A DNA stretch of 52,036 nucleotides. It comes from Chlamydiales bacterium. GTDB lineage: Bacteria > Chlamydiota > Chlamydiia > Chlamydiales > JACRBE01. The notes beneath the pieces are model-generated. The model was not told the origin of the DNA. It searched no databases and saw only the letters and a list, made by a program, of their open reading frames with translations. The stretch covers positions 1-52,036 of the forward strand of contig JACRBE010000058.1 of assembly GCA_016213235.1 (NCBI GenBank), written 5' to 3'. Every line of letters begins with the position of its first letter. The first letter of the stretch is position 1. Below, piece after piece: positions 8,886 through 18,078 of this stretch. A program made the translations under genes and the position numbers.

Positions 8886-8914
8886 ATATTAACCGGTTAA
8901 ATTTTTTTTCGCAA
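8886..8914 (-). promoter_or_regulatory. Putative sigma66/70 promoter for the tRNA-Gln-prs-rplY operon
   Basis: TTGCGA-N17-TAATAT, about 20 nt upstream of the tRNA. Overlapped by the 12-bp palindrome TTAACCGGTTAA (8889-8900). Confidence 0.5.
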
Positions 8915-9035
8915 GAGAATCAATTTTTTTCCTCCTTTTCTCCTCTCAACATTAAAGATCATGTAAATGTTTAATTAACAATAAATCAACATTCCTATAC
9001 CATCTCGTAAGTAAGAAATCTTTCAATCAGAGAAT

Positions 9036-9293
9036 ATGATGTGTATCGGTTGTTGGGATAGCGAAAAAAGAGCAAAAGCACTAACTAAAGGTCTTGCATG
9101 TGATCAACGAGATCTTTGGAAGATGACTATAGAAGAGCTTAAATACAAGCTCTCTATAGAGAGTTTGCAAACTGGAAAAAAAGATTTTAATGTAATTAGA
9201 TCCGCTATTTACGATCATCTTACCAGTCAAAATATTTCTTGGATCATACAGAAAAACAATACAAAAACCCAAATCGTAGTAAATTTCATTTGA
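9036..9293 (+). CDS. Small hypothetical protein
   Basis: 85-aa ORF filling the gap before glgA; no motif recognised. Confidence 0.35.
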   Translation: MMCIGCWDSEKRAKALTKGLACDQRDLWKMTIEELKYKLSIESLQTGKKDFNVIRSAIYDHLTSQNISWIIQKNNTKTQIVVNFI

Positions 9294-9362
9294 TCAACTC
9301 CCCTTTTTCTGGCTATTGACGCTAATTGATCAAATTGAGAGTATGACGCCAGGGGGTGCTAT

Positions 9363-10829
9363 ATGAAAATAGTCCATATTGCCTCGGAATTTGCTCCTTT
9401 TTGCAAATTAGGCGGTTTAGCAGATGTTGTATCGGGTCTTGGCAAAGCTCATACCCATCTTGGGCATGATGTTCATGTTATTTTACCTTTTTATGATTGC
9501 ATTTCCCGCTCACAATTAGGCGCTGAAAAGATAGTTGATTTTCAGGTAAAAGAGCATAACATTACCCATCCCGGATCCGTATTTTTTAAACAAGAAGGTT
9601 CTATTCGTCTTTACTTATTAGACTTACCTCATCCTGACTCTTATTTTGAACGGGGTTATATTTATGGTGGGAAAGATGAGAGCTTACGTTTTTTATATTT
9701 TTGCAAAGCAGCTTTATCATTCATCCATGTTTTTTTTGAAGAAAACATCGATATTTTACATTTACATGATTGGGTTAGTGCGGGCTGCCTTTTAATAATG
9801 GAGAGCTGTTTTCCTCAATTAAAAAAGAAAATCAAAAAAAGTGTACTTACGATACATAATATTCAACATCAGGGGAAGCTCAAAAAAGAGTCATTAAATC
9901 TTTTGGGAAATAGTGGTGATCATCTTTTACACGATCCTCAATTTCAAGATCGTTTTGATAGTTCAATGATTAACATCTTGCGCTCTGGTATACAGCTTGC
10001 AACTACTGTAACAGTAGTATCCCCTTCTTATGCACAAGAAATTGAAACAGAGGAACATGGTTATGGTCTTGAGCAAACCGTTATTGCAAATAAGCATAAA
10101 ATTATTGGTATTATTAATGGGATTGATACTCATTATTGGAATATGGAAACAGACCCCTTTATTTTTGAAAGAGGCAATCACTCCTATCAACTTGATGATT
10201 GGCTTAGCTTAAAACAAAAGAATAAAGAGAGACTGTTTCATCGTTTGAACTTATTAGAAGGATCTGGTCCCGTTGTTTGTTCTATTACAAGACTGGTACA
10301 TCAAAAAGGGCCTCTTTTGATCAAGCAGGCATTAGAATTTACAAAAAACCATGGCGGAGTATTTATTTTACTAGGAGCTGCCATTCAATCTGACATAGAG
10401 CACGAGTTTTTACAGCTTGCGAAACACTATCAAAACCATCCTCATATTTACATTCATTATGGTTTTGATGAAATGCTGGCTCATCAAACGTATGCAGCAG
10501 CAGACGTACTCATTGTGCCTTCTTTATTCGAGCCTTGTGGGCTAACGCAAATGATTGGGATGCGCTATGGGGATGTTCCTATTGTAAGAAAAACAGGTGG
10601 CTTAAAAGATACGGTCCATGATGTACAAGATGAGCAGATTCTGGCGCAATTAAGAAATGGTTTTTGCTTCGATCAATATAATTGGGAAGAATTTGAAGCA
10701 TCATTAAAACGATGCTTTACTATCTTTAAAAATAAAACGGAGTGGAAGCATTTGGTAGCAAATGCACTATCTTGTGACTTTAGTTGGGAAAAATCTGCTA
10801 AAAAATATTTAAATATCTACTTAAGCTAA
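9363..10829 (+). CDS. glgA: Glycogen synthase
   Basis: SEFAPFCKLGGLADV (KxGGL), HLHDW, TIHNIQHQG, PSLFEPCGLTQMIGMRYG, TGGLKDTV. Confidence 0.96.
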   Translation: MKIVHIASEFAPFCKLGGLADVVSGLGKAHTHLGHDVHVILPFYDCISRSQLGAEKIVDFQVKEHNITHPGSVFFKQEGSIRLYLLDLPHPDSYFERGYIYGGKDESLRFLYFCKAALSFIHVFFEENIDILHLHDWVSAGCLLIMESCFPQLKKKIKKSVLTIHNIQHQGKLKKESLNLLGNSGDHLLHDPQFQDRFDSSMINILRSGIQLATTVTVVSPSYAQEIETEEHGYGLEQTVIANKHKIIGIINGIDTHYWNMETDPFIFERGNHSYQLDDWLSLKQKNKERLFHRLNLLEGSGPVVCSITRLVHQKGPLLIKQALEFTKNHGGVFILLGAAIQSDIEHEFLQLAKHYQNHPHIYIHYGFDEMLAHQTYAAADVLIVPSLFEPCGLTQMIGMRYGDVPIVRKTGGLKDTVHDVQDEQILAQLRNGFCFDQYNWEEFEASLKRCFTIFKNKTEWKHLVANALSCDFSWEKSAKKYLNIYLS

Positions 10830-11410
10830 GACCATGCTTTTTTGATAAAAGAGCGGTTTGCCATGATATATTCGACACCAGATCCCACAGTATAGATAGC
10901 GGCAAATAACACCATATAAAAACTTAGGTTTTGTAATCTTTCCAAACTAATCCATCCTTGAGAGTAGGGGATCATTAAAAAGACAATGGTAAACACTGTA
11001 ATTGCCTGAATAATTGCTTTTATTTTCCCGCTTGTTCTTGCGGCTAGAGCCTCACCTCGCAAGGCGCATAGAGTGCGGAGCGTAGAGATAATAGAATCTC
11101 GGTAAACAAACACAAGAACGAGGAAAAAGGGCAATTGGACAAAGCCTTTGGTAAATCCCAACAATAAAGAAAGCCTAACAATACTATCAGCCATAGGGTC
11201 TAGTATTTTACCAAGATCTGTTACCTCATCATATCTTCTAGCTACAATCCCATCAAAAATATCAGACAGTTCACACATAAGGAGAAGCGTTAGCAATATA
11301 TATGGCAATGTGATCAAAGAGATCCCTAGTTTTTCATAAAACAGATAAACCCCTATAAAAAATGGGCTGATGAACATTCTGATCAATGTTAAAAACAGCG
11401 CAAATTTCAA
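10826..11410 (-). CDS. pgsA: CDP-diacylglycerol--glycerol-3-phosphate 3-phosphatidyltransferase
   Basis: DIFDGIVARR..VTDLGKILDPMAD motif. TTG start chosen after SD-like agagggg (ORF track start 11452). Confidence 0.9.
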   Translation of the reverse strand: MKFALFLTLIRMFISPFFIGVYLFYEKLGISLITLPYILLTLLLMCELSDIFDGIVARRYDEVTDLGKILDPMADSIVRLSLLLGFTKGFVQLPFFLVLVFVYRDSIISTLRTLCALRGEALAARTSGKIKAIIQAITVFTIVFLMIPYSQGWISLERLQNLSFYMVLFAAIYTVGSGVEYIMANRSFIKKAWS

Positions 11411-11594
11411 AAAAAACCCCCTTTGGATTCTATTTGCGCTATTATGCCCCACTTTTTAAAAGTTGAAAATAGAAAAATGACTTTTGCTTCACCTACGCAA
11501 GCCTTTTTCTCATTAAAAATTCTATTTGTACTTATTGTGAAAAATCAATTTAGAATGATACAATCGAATGAAAACCCCTAATTATTTTAATTTT

Positions 11595-14500
11595 ATGTTC
11601 ACATTTCAAGAGATTATTCAAAAGCTAGTCCAATTTTGGTCGTCAAAAGGTTGTATCATTCATCAAGGTCACGACGTAGAAGTTGGGGCAGGAACCTTCA
11701 ACCCTGCTACCTTTTTAAGATGTTTGGGGCCAGAGCCGTATAAAACAGTATATGTAGAGCCATCGAGAAGACCGCAAGATGGTAGATATGGAGAAAATCC
11801 CAATCGCTTGCAATTGTTCCATCAATTACAAGTAATTGTAAAACCATCCCCCGTAGACATTCAAAAAACTTATTTACAATCACTGGAAGAAATAGGTTTT
11901 TCTTCCAATGACCATGATATTCGATTTGTGCATGATGATTGGGAAAGCCCTACTCTTGGGGCATGGGGCCTTGGTTGGGAGATATGGATTGATGGGATGG
12001 AAGTATCTCAGTTTACCTATTTCCAATCCATTGCAGGACTTGAATTGAATCCGATACCGGTAGAAATTACTTATGGTCTTGAGAGATTATGTATGTTAGC
12101 TCAGAAAAAAAATAATTTTTTTGAGATGAAGTATAATGAAGAACTAACATATGGCGATGTATTTCATCGTAATGAAGTGGAGTGGAGCAAATATAATTTT
12201 GAAACCTCTTCTCCTACGATGTGGTTAAAACATTTTGAAGACTATGAAAAAGAGGCCAAAAATCTCATTAACCTTAATTTACCAATACCTGGTTATGATT
12301 TTGTCATGAAGGCATCTCATGCATTCAATATGCTAGAGGCAAGAGGTGTAATTTCCACTACAGAGCGAACAAACTATATTCATCGTATTCGGGATCTTGC
12401 AAAACTCTCTGCTATTGAATACTTAGCTTCTAGAGAAAAAATGGGATTCCCTCTACTGAAAAAACCTGCGACAACATGCCCAGTATCTCTCCCACAGTCT
12501 ACCAGTCACTCTTTTAATCCAGATCATCGCAAAGACTTCTTATTTGAAATTGGAGTAGAACAACTCCCTGCTACATTTATTCCTATTGGAATAGAAGAAT
12601 TAAAGCGTATTTTCAATGAATTTTTAAACAAGCACACCCTATCTTACCAAGATATAAAACTATTTGGTTCACCACAAAGACTCTCGATTCTTATTTCTGG
12701 TCTAGCAGAAGGGACAGCCTGTGCTTTAGTAGAAAAACGGGGGCCACAACTTAGTGTTGCATTTGATGCAGCAGGACAGCTGACAAAACAGGGATCGGGA
12801 TTCTTTGAATCTCTTAGTGTTCCTTTTGCTACTAAAGAAGAGATTCAAAACAACAAGCATCCTTCTATTAAAATCCAATCTATTAATGATAAAGAATATT
12901 TGTTTGGACATGTAGCGAAAAGTGGAGAATCCACTTTTAAATTACTTGAGTCCTTTTTAGTAGATGCAATCAAAAACATCTCCTTTCCAAAATCGATGCG
13001 TTGGGCAGATTTTGATATTTCTTTTGCAAGGCCTATCCAGTGGATTATCGCCTTACTTGGGGAAGAGGTAGTTCCTGTGCACATAGCTAATGTTATTTCT
13101 TCTAATTTAAGTAAAGGTCACGCGCAAAGACATCCTCATCCTGTTCTTATTTCTCATCCAAGTGTATATGAATCAGAGCTAGAAAAAGCATTTGTTATAG
13201 CAGATGTTGCCAAACGAAAAAATCATATTGAAAAGCAACTTGATGCTATCTTACAAAAAAACAATTGCAGTGTACTTAAAAAAGAAAGGGTGCTTAATGA
13301 AGTGCTCTTCTTAGTAGAATGGCCAGAGCTTGCTATTTATGATTTTGATAAAAAATTCTTAAAAGTTCCTGCAGAAGTACTTGTTTCTGAAATGGTAGAG
13401 CACCAACGTTATTTCCCTGTGACAGATAAACAAAACACTCTTTTACCAAAATTTATCATCACTGCAGATACCTGTGTTAATAAAGAAATACTACGCAATA
13501 ACTTAGCAGTGCTATCTGCAAGGCTCTCTGATGGTGTCTTTTTATATGAACAAGATTTAGCTTTGTCACTGGATTATTTTAATGAAAAGCTCAAAGCAAT
13601 CACCTTTCATAAAGATCTTGGAACAGTATATCAAAAAGTAGAGCGACTAGAAAAAATCGCACTCCAATTAAATCAGCTACTAAAAGTTGAAGATGACAGT
13701 ATTGTAAAAAGAGCGGCCCACCTTTGTAAAGCAGATCTTTCTTCTGCTATGGTTGGAGAGTTTCCAGAGCTTCAAGGGACTATTGGAATGTACTATGCAA
13801 GGCACCATAAGGAAAAAGAGTTAGTTGCTATAGCGATTAAAGAGCACTGGTTACCGGTTGCGGAAAAGGGAGACCTCCCGACTACCAATTGTGGTAGGTT
13901 AATCAGCTTAGCGGACAAAATAGATAACATTTTAAGTTATTATAGTGTTGGCATTAAACCTACTTCCTCTAAAGATCCATTTGCATTAAGACGGCAAACA
14001 CTTGGTATATTACGAATATTACTAGATGCAAAATGGTCTATAGCCTTGGATAAACTCTTTGAAAACATTTTACCAAGAAAACAACTCTTGGAAGAGATCT
14101 ATAGCTTTTTCAAAATCCGGCTAAAAACGATTTTTGAAGAAGGAGAATTTGAAAAAGATGAGATCGAGGCTTCCTTATCCTATGCTTCCATGAATCCTTT
14201 TGAAGAGTATTGTAAAATCAAAGCGCTGCATGAATTTAGACAATCATCAAACGCATTTAATCAGATGATTGAAGTATTCAAGCGGGCAAAAGGACAAATT
14301 GGCAATGAGGCACGAAAAGAGTTGAATGAGTCGTTATTAAAAGAGCCTGCAGAGAAAAAGTTGCTACATGGGTTAAAGCTCATTGATCAATCCTTTATTG
14401 AAGCGATACATCTTCGTAACTATAAGAAGGCGTTTGAATTACTCACCACGTTGCAACAACCAATCGGTCAGTTATTTGACGAGGTAAAGATACTCGATCA

Positions 14501-14597
14501 AGATGTGAGCATTAAAAATAACCGGATTGCTCTACTACAAGAAGTATTTCATCCCTTTACGCAACTGCTTGATTTAAGTAAGCTTCAAATCAAGTAG
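11595..14597 (+). CDS. glyQS: Glycine--tRNA ligase, fused alpha+beta chains
   Basis: Alpha motifs GAGTFNPATF, DGRYGENPNRLQ, WESPTLGAWGLGWE. Beta motifs FEIGVEQLP, KSMRW, EFPELQG, DPFALRR. Alternative start 11568. Confidence 0.97.
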   Translation: MFTFQEIIQKLVQFWSSKGCIIHQGHDVEVGAGTFNPATFLRCLGPEPYKTVYVEPSRRPQDGRYGENPNRLQLFHQLQVIVKPSPVDIQKTYLQSLEEIGFSSNDHDIRFVHDDWESPTLGAWGLGWEIWIDGMEVSQFTYFQSIAGLELNPIPVEITYGLERLCMLAQKKNNFFEMKYNEELTYGDVFHRNEVEWSKYNFETSSPTMWLKHFEDYEKEAKNLINLNLPIPGYDFVMKASHAFNMLEARGVISTTERTNYIHRIRDLAKLSAIEYLASREKMGFPLLKKPATTCPVSLPQSTSHSFNPDHRKDFLFEIGVEQLPATFIPIGIEELKRIFNEFLNKHTLSYQDIKLFGSPQRLSILISGLAEGTACALVEKRGPQLSVAFDAAGQLTKQGSGFFESLSVPFATKEEIQNNKHPSIKIQSINDKEYLFGHVAKSGESTFKLLESFLVDAIKNISFPKSMRWADFDISFARPIQWIIALLGEEVVPVHIANVISSNLSKGHAQRHPHPVLISHPSVYESELEKAFVIADVAKRKNHIEKQLDAILQKNNCSVLKKERVLNEVLFLVEWPELAIYDFDKKFLKVPAEVLVSEMVEHQRYFPVTDKQNTLLPKFIITADTCVNKEILRNNLAVLSARLSDGVFLYEQDLALSLDYFNEKLKAITFHKDLGTVYQKVERLEKIALQLNQLLKVEDDSIVKRAAHLCKADLSSAMVGEFPELQGTIGMYYARHHKEKELVAIAIKEHWLPVAEKGDLPTTNCGRLISLADKIDNILSYYSVGIKPTSSKDPFALRRQTLGILRILLDAKWSIALDKLFENILPRKQLLEEIYSFFKIRLKTIFEEGEFEKDEIEASLSYASMNPFEEYCKIKALHEFRQSSNAFNQMIEVFKRAKGQIGNEARKELNESLLKEPAEKKLLHGLKLIDQSFIEAIHLRNYKKAFELLTTLQQPIGQLFDEVKILDQDVSIKNNRIALLQEVFHPFTQLLDLSKLQIK

Positions 14598-14607
14598 CCT
14601 TTAATAG

Positions 14608-14814
14608 ACAAGCCCGAAAAGAAAAAGTGGAATTTCTCCTTATGATCTCAGGGGACTTAAAGAATTTCAAAAAGATTATCCAGAAGCCACGGTTTTTTTA
14701 CTCTATCGTGGTACAGAAAAGTTAAAAAAAGACGGTATTCTTTGTCTACCTGCAGAAGATTTTTTTCGACATATGAATCCATTATCAACATCTCTTATAC
14801 CAAATTCACCGTGA
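14608..14814 (+). pseudogene. Start-less C-terminal remnant of a DUF4143/COG1373-type AAA+ ATPase
   Basis: Reads ...KRKSGISPYDLRGLKEFQKDYPEATVFLLYRGTEKLKKDGILCLPAEDFF...stop, resembling the C-terminus of that family. Preceded by an in-frame TAG, no start codon. Confidence 0.6.
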
Positions 14815-14840
14815 AGCTAAAGACTTCGCGGTTTTCTCGC
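14801..14840. mobile_element. IS200/IS605-type terminal palindrome remnant (may also act as a terminator)
   Basis: caaattc-ACCGTGAAG-ctaaaga-CTTCGCGGT-tttct: 9-bp hairpin with flanks resembling IS605-group ends. No tnpA/tnpB nearby. Confidence 0.45.
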
Positions 14841-14867
14841 TAACAATTAGATAAATTTAACTATTCT

Positions 14868-15386
14868 CTAATTAGTATAATAAATGTAAATGGGAGTGTG
14901 ATAAAGATCATTGAATACAGTCTTTGAGCTCTGTTTTATACCAGGAAGAGCAAACGTATGAGAAATGATCTTTCCCTGAAATTTCTCTTGCTTTAGTTTT
15001 TGTTCCAAATATTGCATATTTCTGACAGACAGATAGCAAAATAAGATACTGTTGCTATCTAGCGGATCATGCAAAAAATTACGATAGTGAATACTCAAGT
15101 TATGACATTGAAATATCCTTTTTAAGATGATGCTACAGATATATGGGAAAAACGATGCTTCATAAGCGATAATAGTTGCTTGTTTGCATCTTTTAGCAAG
15201 CATGATATTCATCGAGCCAAAACCACAACCCAGTTCGTAGATCGTACCTTGATAATCTTCTTCAAAAAGCGAGCATATGGTCTTTCCCAAACGATAAGAT
15301 GTTGGCATAGGAGAGATACCATACTTGATGGACCCATGCACAATAGAAGAGAGTATAACAACAATAAAAAAGGTAGTCAGGAACAT
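14868..15386 (-). CDS. Class I SAM-dependent methyltransferase with N-terminal membrane anchor
   Basis: GISPMPT, IYELGCGFG motif I, FCYL, ISHTFALPG. Confidence 0.8.
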   Translation of the reverse strand: MFLTTFFIVVILSSIVHGSIKYGISPMPTSYRLGKTICSLFEEDYQGTIYELGCGFGSMNIMLAKRCKQATIIAYEASFFPYICSIILKRIFQCHNLSIHYRNFLHDPLDSNSILFCYLSVRNMQYLEQKLKQEKFQGKIISHTFALPGIKQSSKTVFNDLYHTPIYIYYTN

Positions 15387-15389
15387 TTT

Positions 15390-15608
15390 TTACAATAGAT
15401 GTTTTTTATGATTACAAGGATAAAATAAATCGGATTTATAATAAATCCCGGTAAAAAATGCAGGATGCCAATGCCTTTCCCTTTTTATATTGTTTTCGTC
15501 CAATATTAAGCACAAAGCTTTCCGGATTTTTTTCTTTTTGTCCAAATGCCGGATTACATTAACACATTTAACACAAAAGCTACAGCTTGCATCATATAAA
15601 ACTTCCAT
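15390..15608 (-). pseudogene. Truncated DCC1/DUF393 thiol-disulfide oxidoreductase-like gene
   Basis: N-terminal VLYDASCSFC (DxxCxxC) motif but only 72 aa. A family-like tail (LHFLPGFIINPIY) appears in another frame. Confidence 0.6.
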
Positions 15609-15614
15609 TACTAC

Positions 15615-16070
15615 CTACTTCATTAAAAAATAAATAGAGATTCCAAGACAGGCCCACACTTGTAAATGCAGAATGATATGCAGTGTATTTGGTCTTACAT
15701 GATCGCCTCGAAGAGGTAAAAACTGATGTGTATTTTTAAATTTATTAAACGCCTGTTTATGTTTTTGAGAGCTGCCAAAGAAATATGGCACCCACCAGCT
15801 CAAGATAGTGCCGATTGTTATTATCAAATAAAACGTAGTTACTGTAGTCATTGCAAAAAGCGGAATGCTAGATCTATGATAATAGATCCCTGTGATGATC
15901 AATGGAATAAGCACAGTCAATCCATTAATGGTAGAACCAAAGAGCCGATAGACATTGCTGTCTACTTTCTTTAAATCCGAAATATTATTTAAAGGAGAAG
16001 CAGGAATCCAATCATGAAATAACATGAAGAATAATAATACACATTGTAGAGCAATAAAAAAAATTGCCAT
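15615..16070 (-). CDS. Hypothetical integral membrane protein (about 4 TM)
   Basis: Hydrophobic segments; HDWIP, WWVPYFFG, PNTLHIILH; tightly packed after dnaG. Confidence 0.75.
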   Translation of the reverse strand: MAIFFIALQCVLLFFMLFHDWIPASPLNNISDLKKVDSNVYRLFGSTINGLTVLIPLIITGIYYHRSSIPLFAMTTVTTFYLIITIGTILSWWVPYFFGSSQKHKQAFNKFKNTHQFLPLRGDHVRPNTLHIILHLQVWACLGISIYFLMK

Positions 16071-16072
16071 CT

Positions 16073-17851
16073 TTAATCACCTTTAGCTATTACCGGAGGA
16101 GCAGATTTTAATATATCAAATTGCTTTGCAAGAGATAAAACTTCTTCTTCTGAATATCTACCACTTTGGATTTCGTTTTTTATCTTTTCTCTTTGCATCA
16201 TCCAATTTCTATTCAGTATCTTTTTTACGACTTCTTTTGCTGCATCTTCCATTTTTTCATCGATTCCTTTTTTCTGCATGACTTCAGAAAAAAACTCTTG
16301 GAGATGTATATTGTCTAGTTCAATTGCAAAGTGGATTAAGTCCAGCTTATTTTCTTTCTCGATTTTTGCAATGATCATTTGGAATAAATTCCTACACACC
16401 TCTACCTGTAAATCCCCTACTTTTATATTACCCATGATAAATCGATAGATTTTTGAATCAATATGAGCAGATAATATCATATAACGGATCAGATTCATTT
16501 CTAGTCTTTTATCAGGATCAAATCGCAGATCATTTACATTGATATAACTTTTAAATGCAGGTGTAACCTTTGGAATATCGTCTTGTACAATCGATAGAGG
16601 AACATCACAGATCTGCGCTATTTTTTTGATGCCTTCATGCACCATCAGAGGCTCTTCCCACTCTTTGATCTGTTCCACCATTTTTTTTACTACTTCATTC
16701 TTACCGGCAGGAGACTGAAAGTTGATAGTAGAGGAATAAAAACGAAGTAAAAAAGGAAGATACTCGATGGCATTTTCTAAATATGTTTTAAACTGCAAAG
16801 GACCTTTTTTTAATAAAATAGAATCAGGATCTTCATCTTTGTCAAAGACTAAAACAAAAACCTCGATCCCTTTTTTTTGGAGCAATTGCCCAGTTTTTAC
16901 AGCAGCATTAATACCTGCAGTATCTCCATCAAAGGCAACGTATGCTTTTTGTACTCCTAAATAAATGAGCTCTTTGACATGTTCCTCGCCAAATGCAGTG
17001 CCACCAGCAGAAAGTACATAATCATATCCCTCCTGTATCAAGCGAAGCGTATCGATTTGCCCTTCTACTACAATGACTTTTTTCTCTTTTGCAATGGTTC
17101 TTCTACAATCCCTTAACCCAAATAAAATCTTGGATTTCTTAAATAAAGGAGTTTCTGGAGTATTGATGTACTTTGGGCCAAGTATTTGATCACTTATTTT
17201 CCTACAGGAAAATCCTATTACATTTCCCACAGAATCATGGATAGGGATGGTAACTCTATCATGGAAAAAAGTCTTTCTTTGTGGATCTATTTTAATAAGG
17301 CCACAATCAAATAGCTGCTCTTCTGTAATCGAGTACTCTTGCACTACCTTCCAAAAGACTTTATCATCTTTGGGAGCAAATCCAATCTGAAACATCCTAA
17401 TAAAAGAAAGGTCCATCCCCCGTTTATAGAGATATTCTAAAGCTACATGGCCTTCTTGTGTATGTAATAGGTAAAAATGGTAAAAACGGGAGATCTTATT
17501 CAAGACATCTTTTAACCCTTGCGTGTTTTTTGAAGGTTTATCTTGTTTCCCCTCCATTTTTTCCAATATAACATCATATTTTTCAGCAAGAGTGTCAATT
17601 GCTTCAACAAAACTCATATTCAGATAGTTCATTAAAAATGCAATAGCATCTCCATGAGCACCGCAGCCAAAACAATGGTAATGTTTTTCTCCTTGCTGAA
17701 CTAAAAAAGAAGGATTTTTCTCATTATGAAAAGGGCAAAGGGCCTTATGGCTAGAGCCGCTTCTTTTTAATGGAATATAAGAAGAGATAACTTCGATGAG
17801 ATTAATTTTATCTCGAAGATTCTGTAAGCTTTCCTGGGTATAGGCGACCAT
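16073..17851 (-). CDS. dnaG: DNA primase
   Basis: CPFHNEKNPSF..CFGC zinc finger, KYINTPET, VEGQID, AFDGDTAG, DPD TOPRIM motifs. Confidence 0.97.
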   Translation of the reverse strand: MVAYTQESLQNLRDKINLIEVISSYIPLKRSGSSHKALCPFHNEKNPSFLVQQGEKHYHCFGCGAHGDAIAFLMNYLNMSFVEAIDTLAEKYDVILEKMEGKQDKPSKNTQGLKDVLNKISRFYHFYLLHTQEGHVALEYLYKRGMDLSFIRMFQIGFAPKDDKVFWKVVQEYSITEEQLFDCGLIKIDPQRKTFFHDRVTIPIHDSVGNVIGFSCRKISDQILGPKYINTPETPLFKKSKILFGLRDCRRTIAKEKKVIVVEGQIDTLRLIQEGYDYVLSAGGTAFGEEHVKELIYLGVQKAYVAFDGDTAGINAAVKTGQLLQKKGIEVFVLVFDKDEDPDSILLKKGPLQFKTYLENAIEYLPFLLRFYSSTINFQSPAGKNEVVKKMVEQIKEWEEPLMVHEGIKKIAQICDVPLSIVQDDIPKVTPAFKSYINVNDLRFDPDKRLEMNLIRYMILSAHIDSKIYRFIMGNIKVGDLQVEVCRNLFQMIIAKIEKENKLDLIHFAIELDNIHLQEFFSEVMQKKGIDEKMEDAAKEVVKKILNRNWMMQREKIKNEIQSGRYSEEEVLSLAKQFDILKSAPPVIAKGD

Positions 17852-18078
17852 AGCAAGTATATCTATTATTTACACTATATTAAACAAAAACGACAAAACA
17901 CTCCACCTCTTCTTTTTTGATTAGAATCATAGAATCTCTATATTTCCATTTGAGCGATTACAAAAGCATCCTAATATTACCAAACAAGCATTTAAAGATT
18001 TTTTAATAGTTCATCACCTTCCGTCTTATATGTTGGGAGAAGAAGATTATGCAGATTGAAGATCATAAGTAGAATACG

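Noticed and set aside
17925..18059. Short open frame (…IFPFERLQKHPNITKQAFKDFLIVHHLPSYMLGEEDYAD) between dnaG and uvrC
   Set aside because: No start codon and no recognisable family; could be a gene remnant but cannot be supported.
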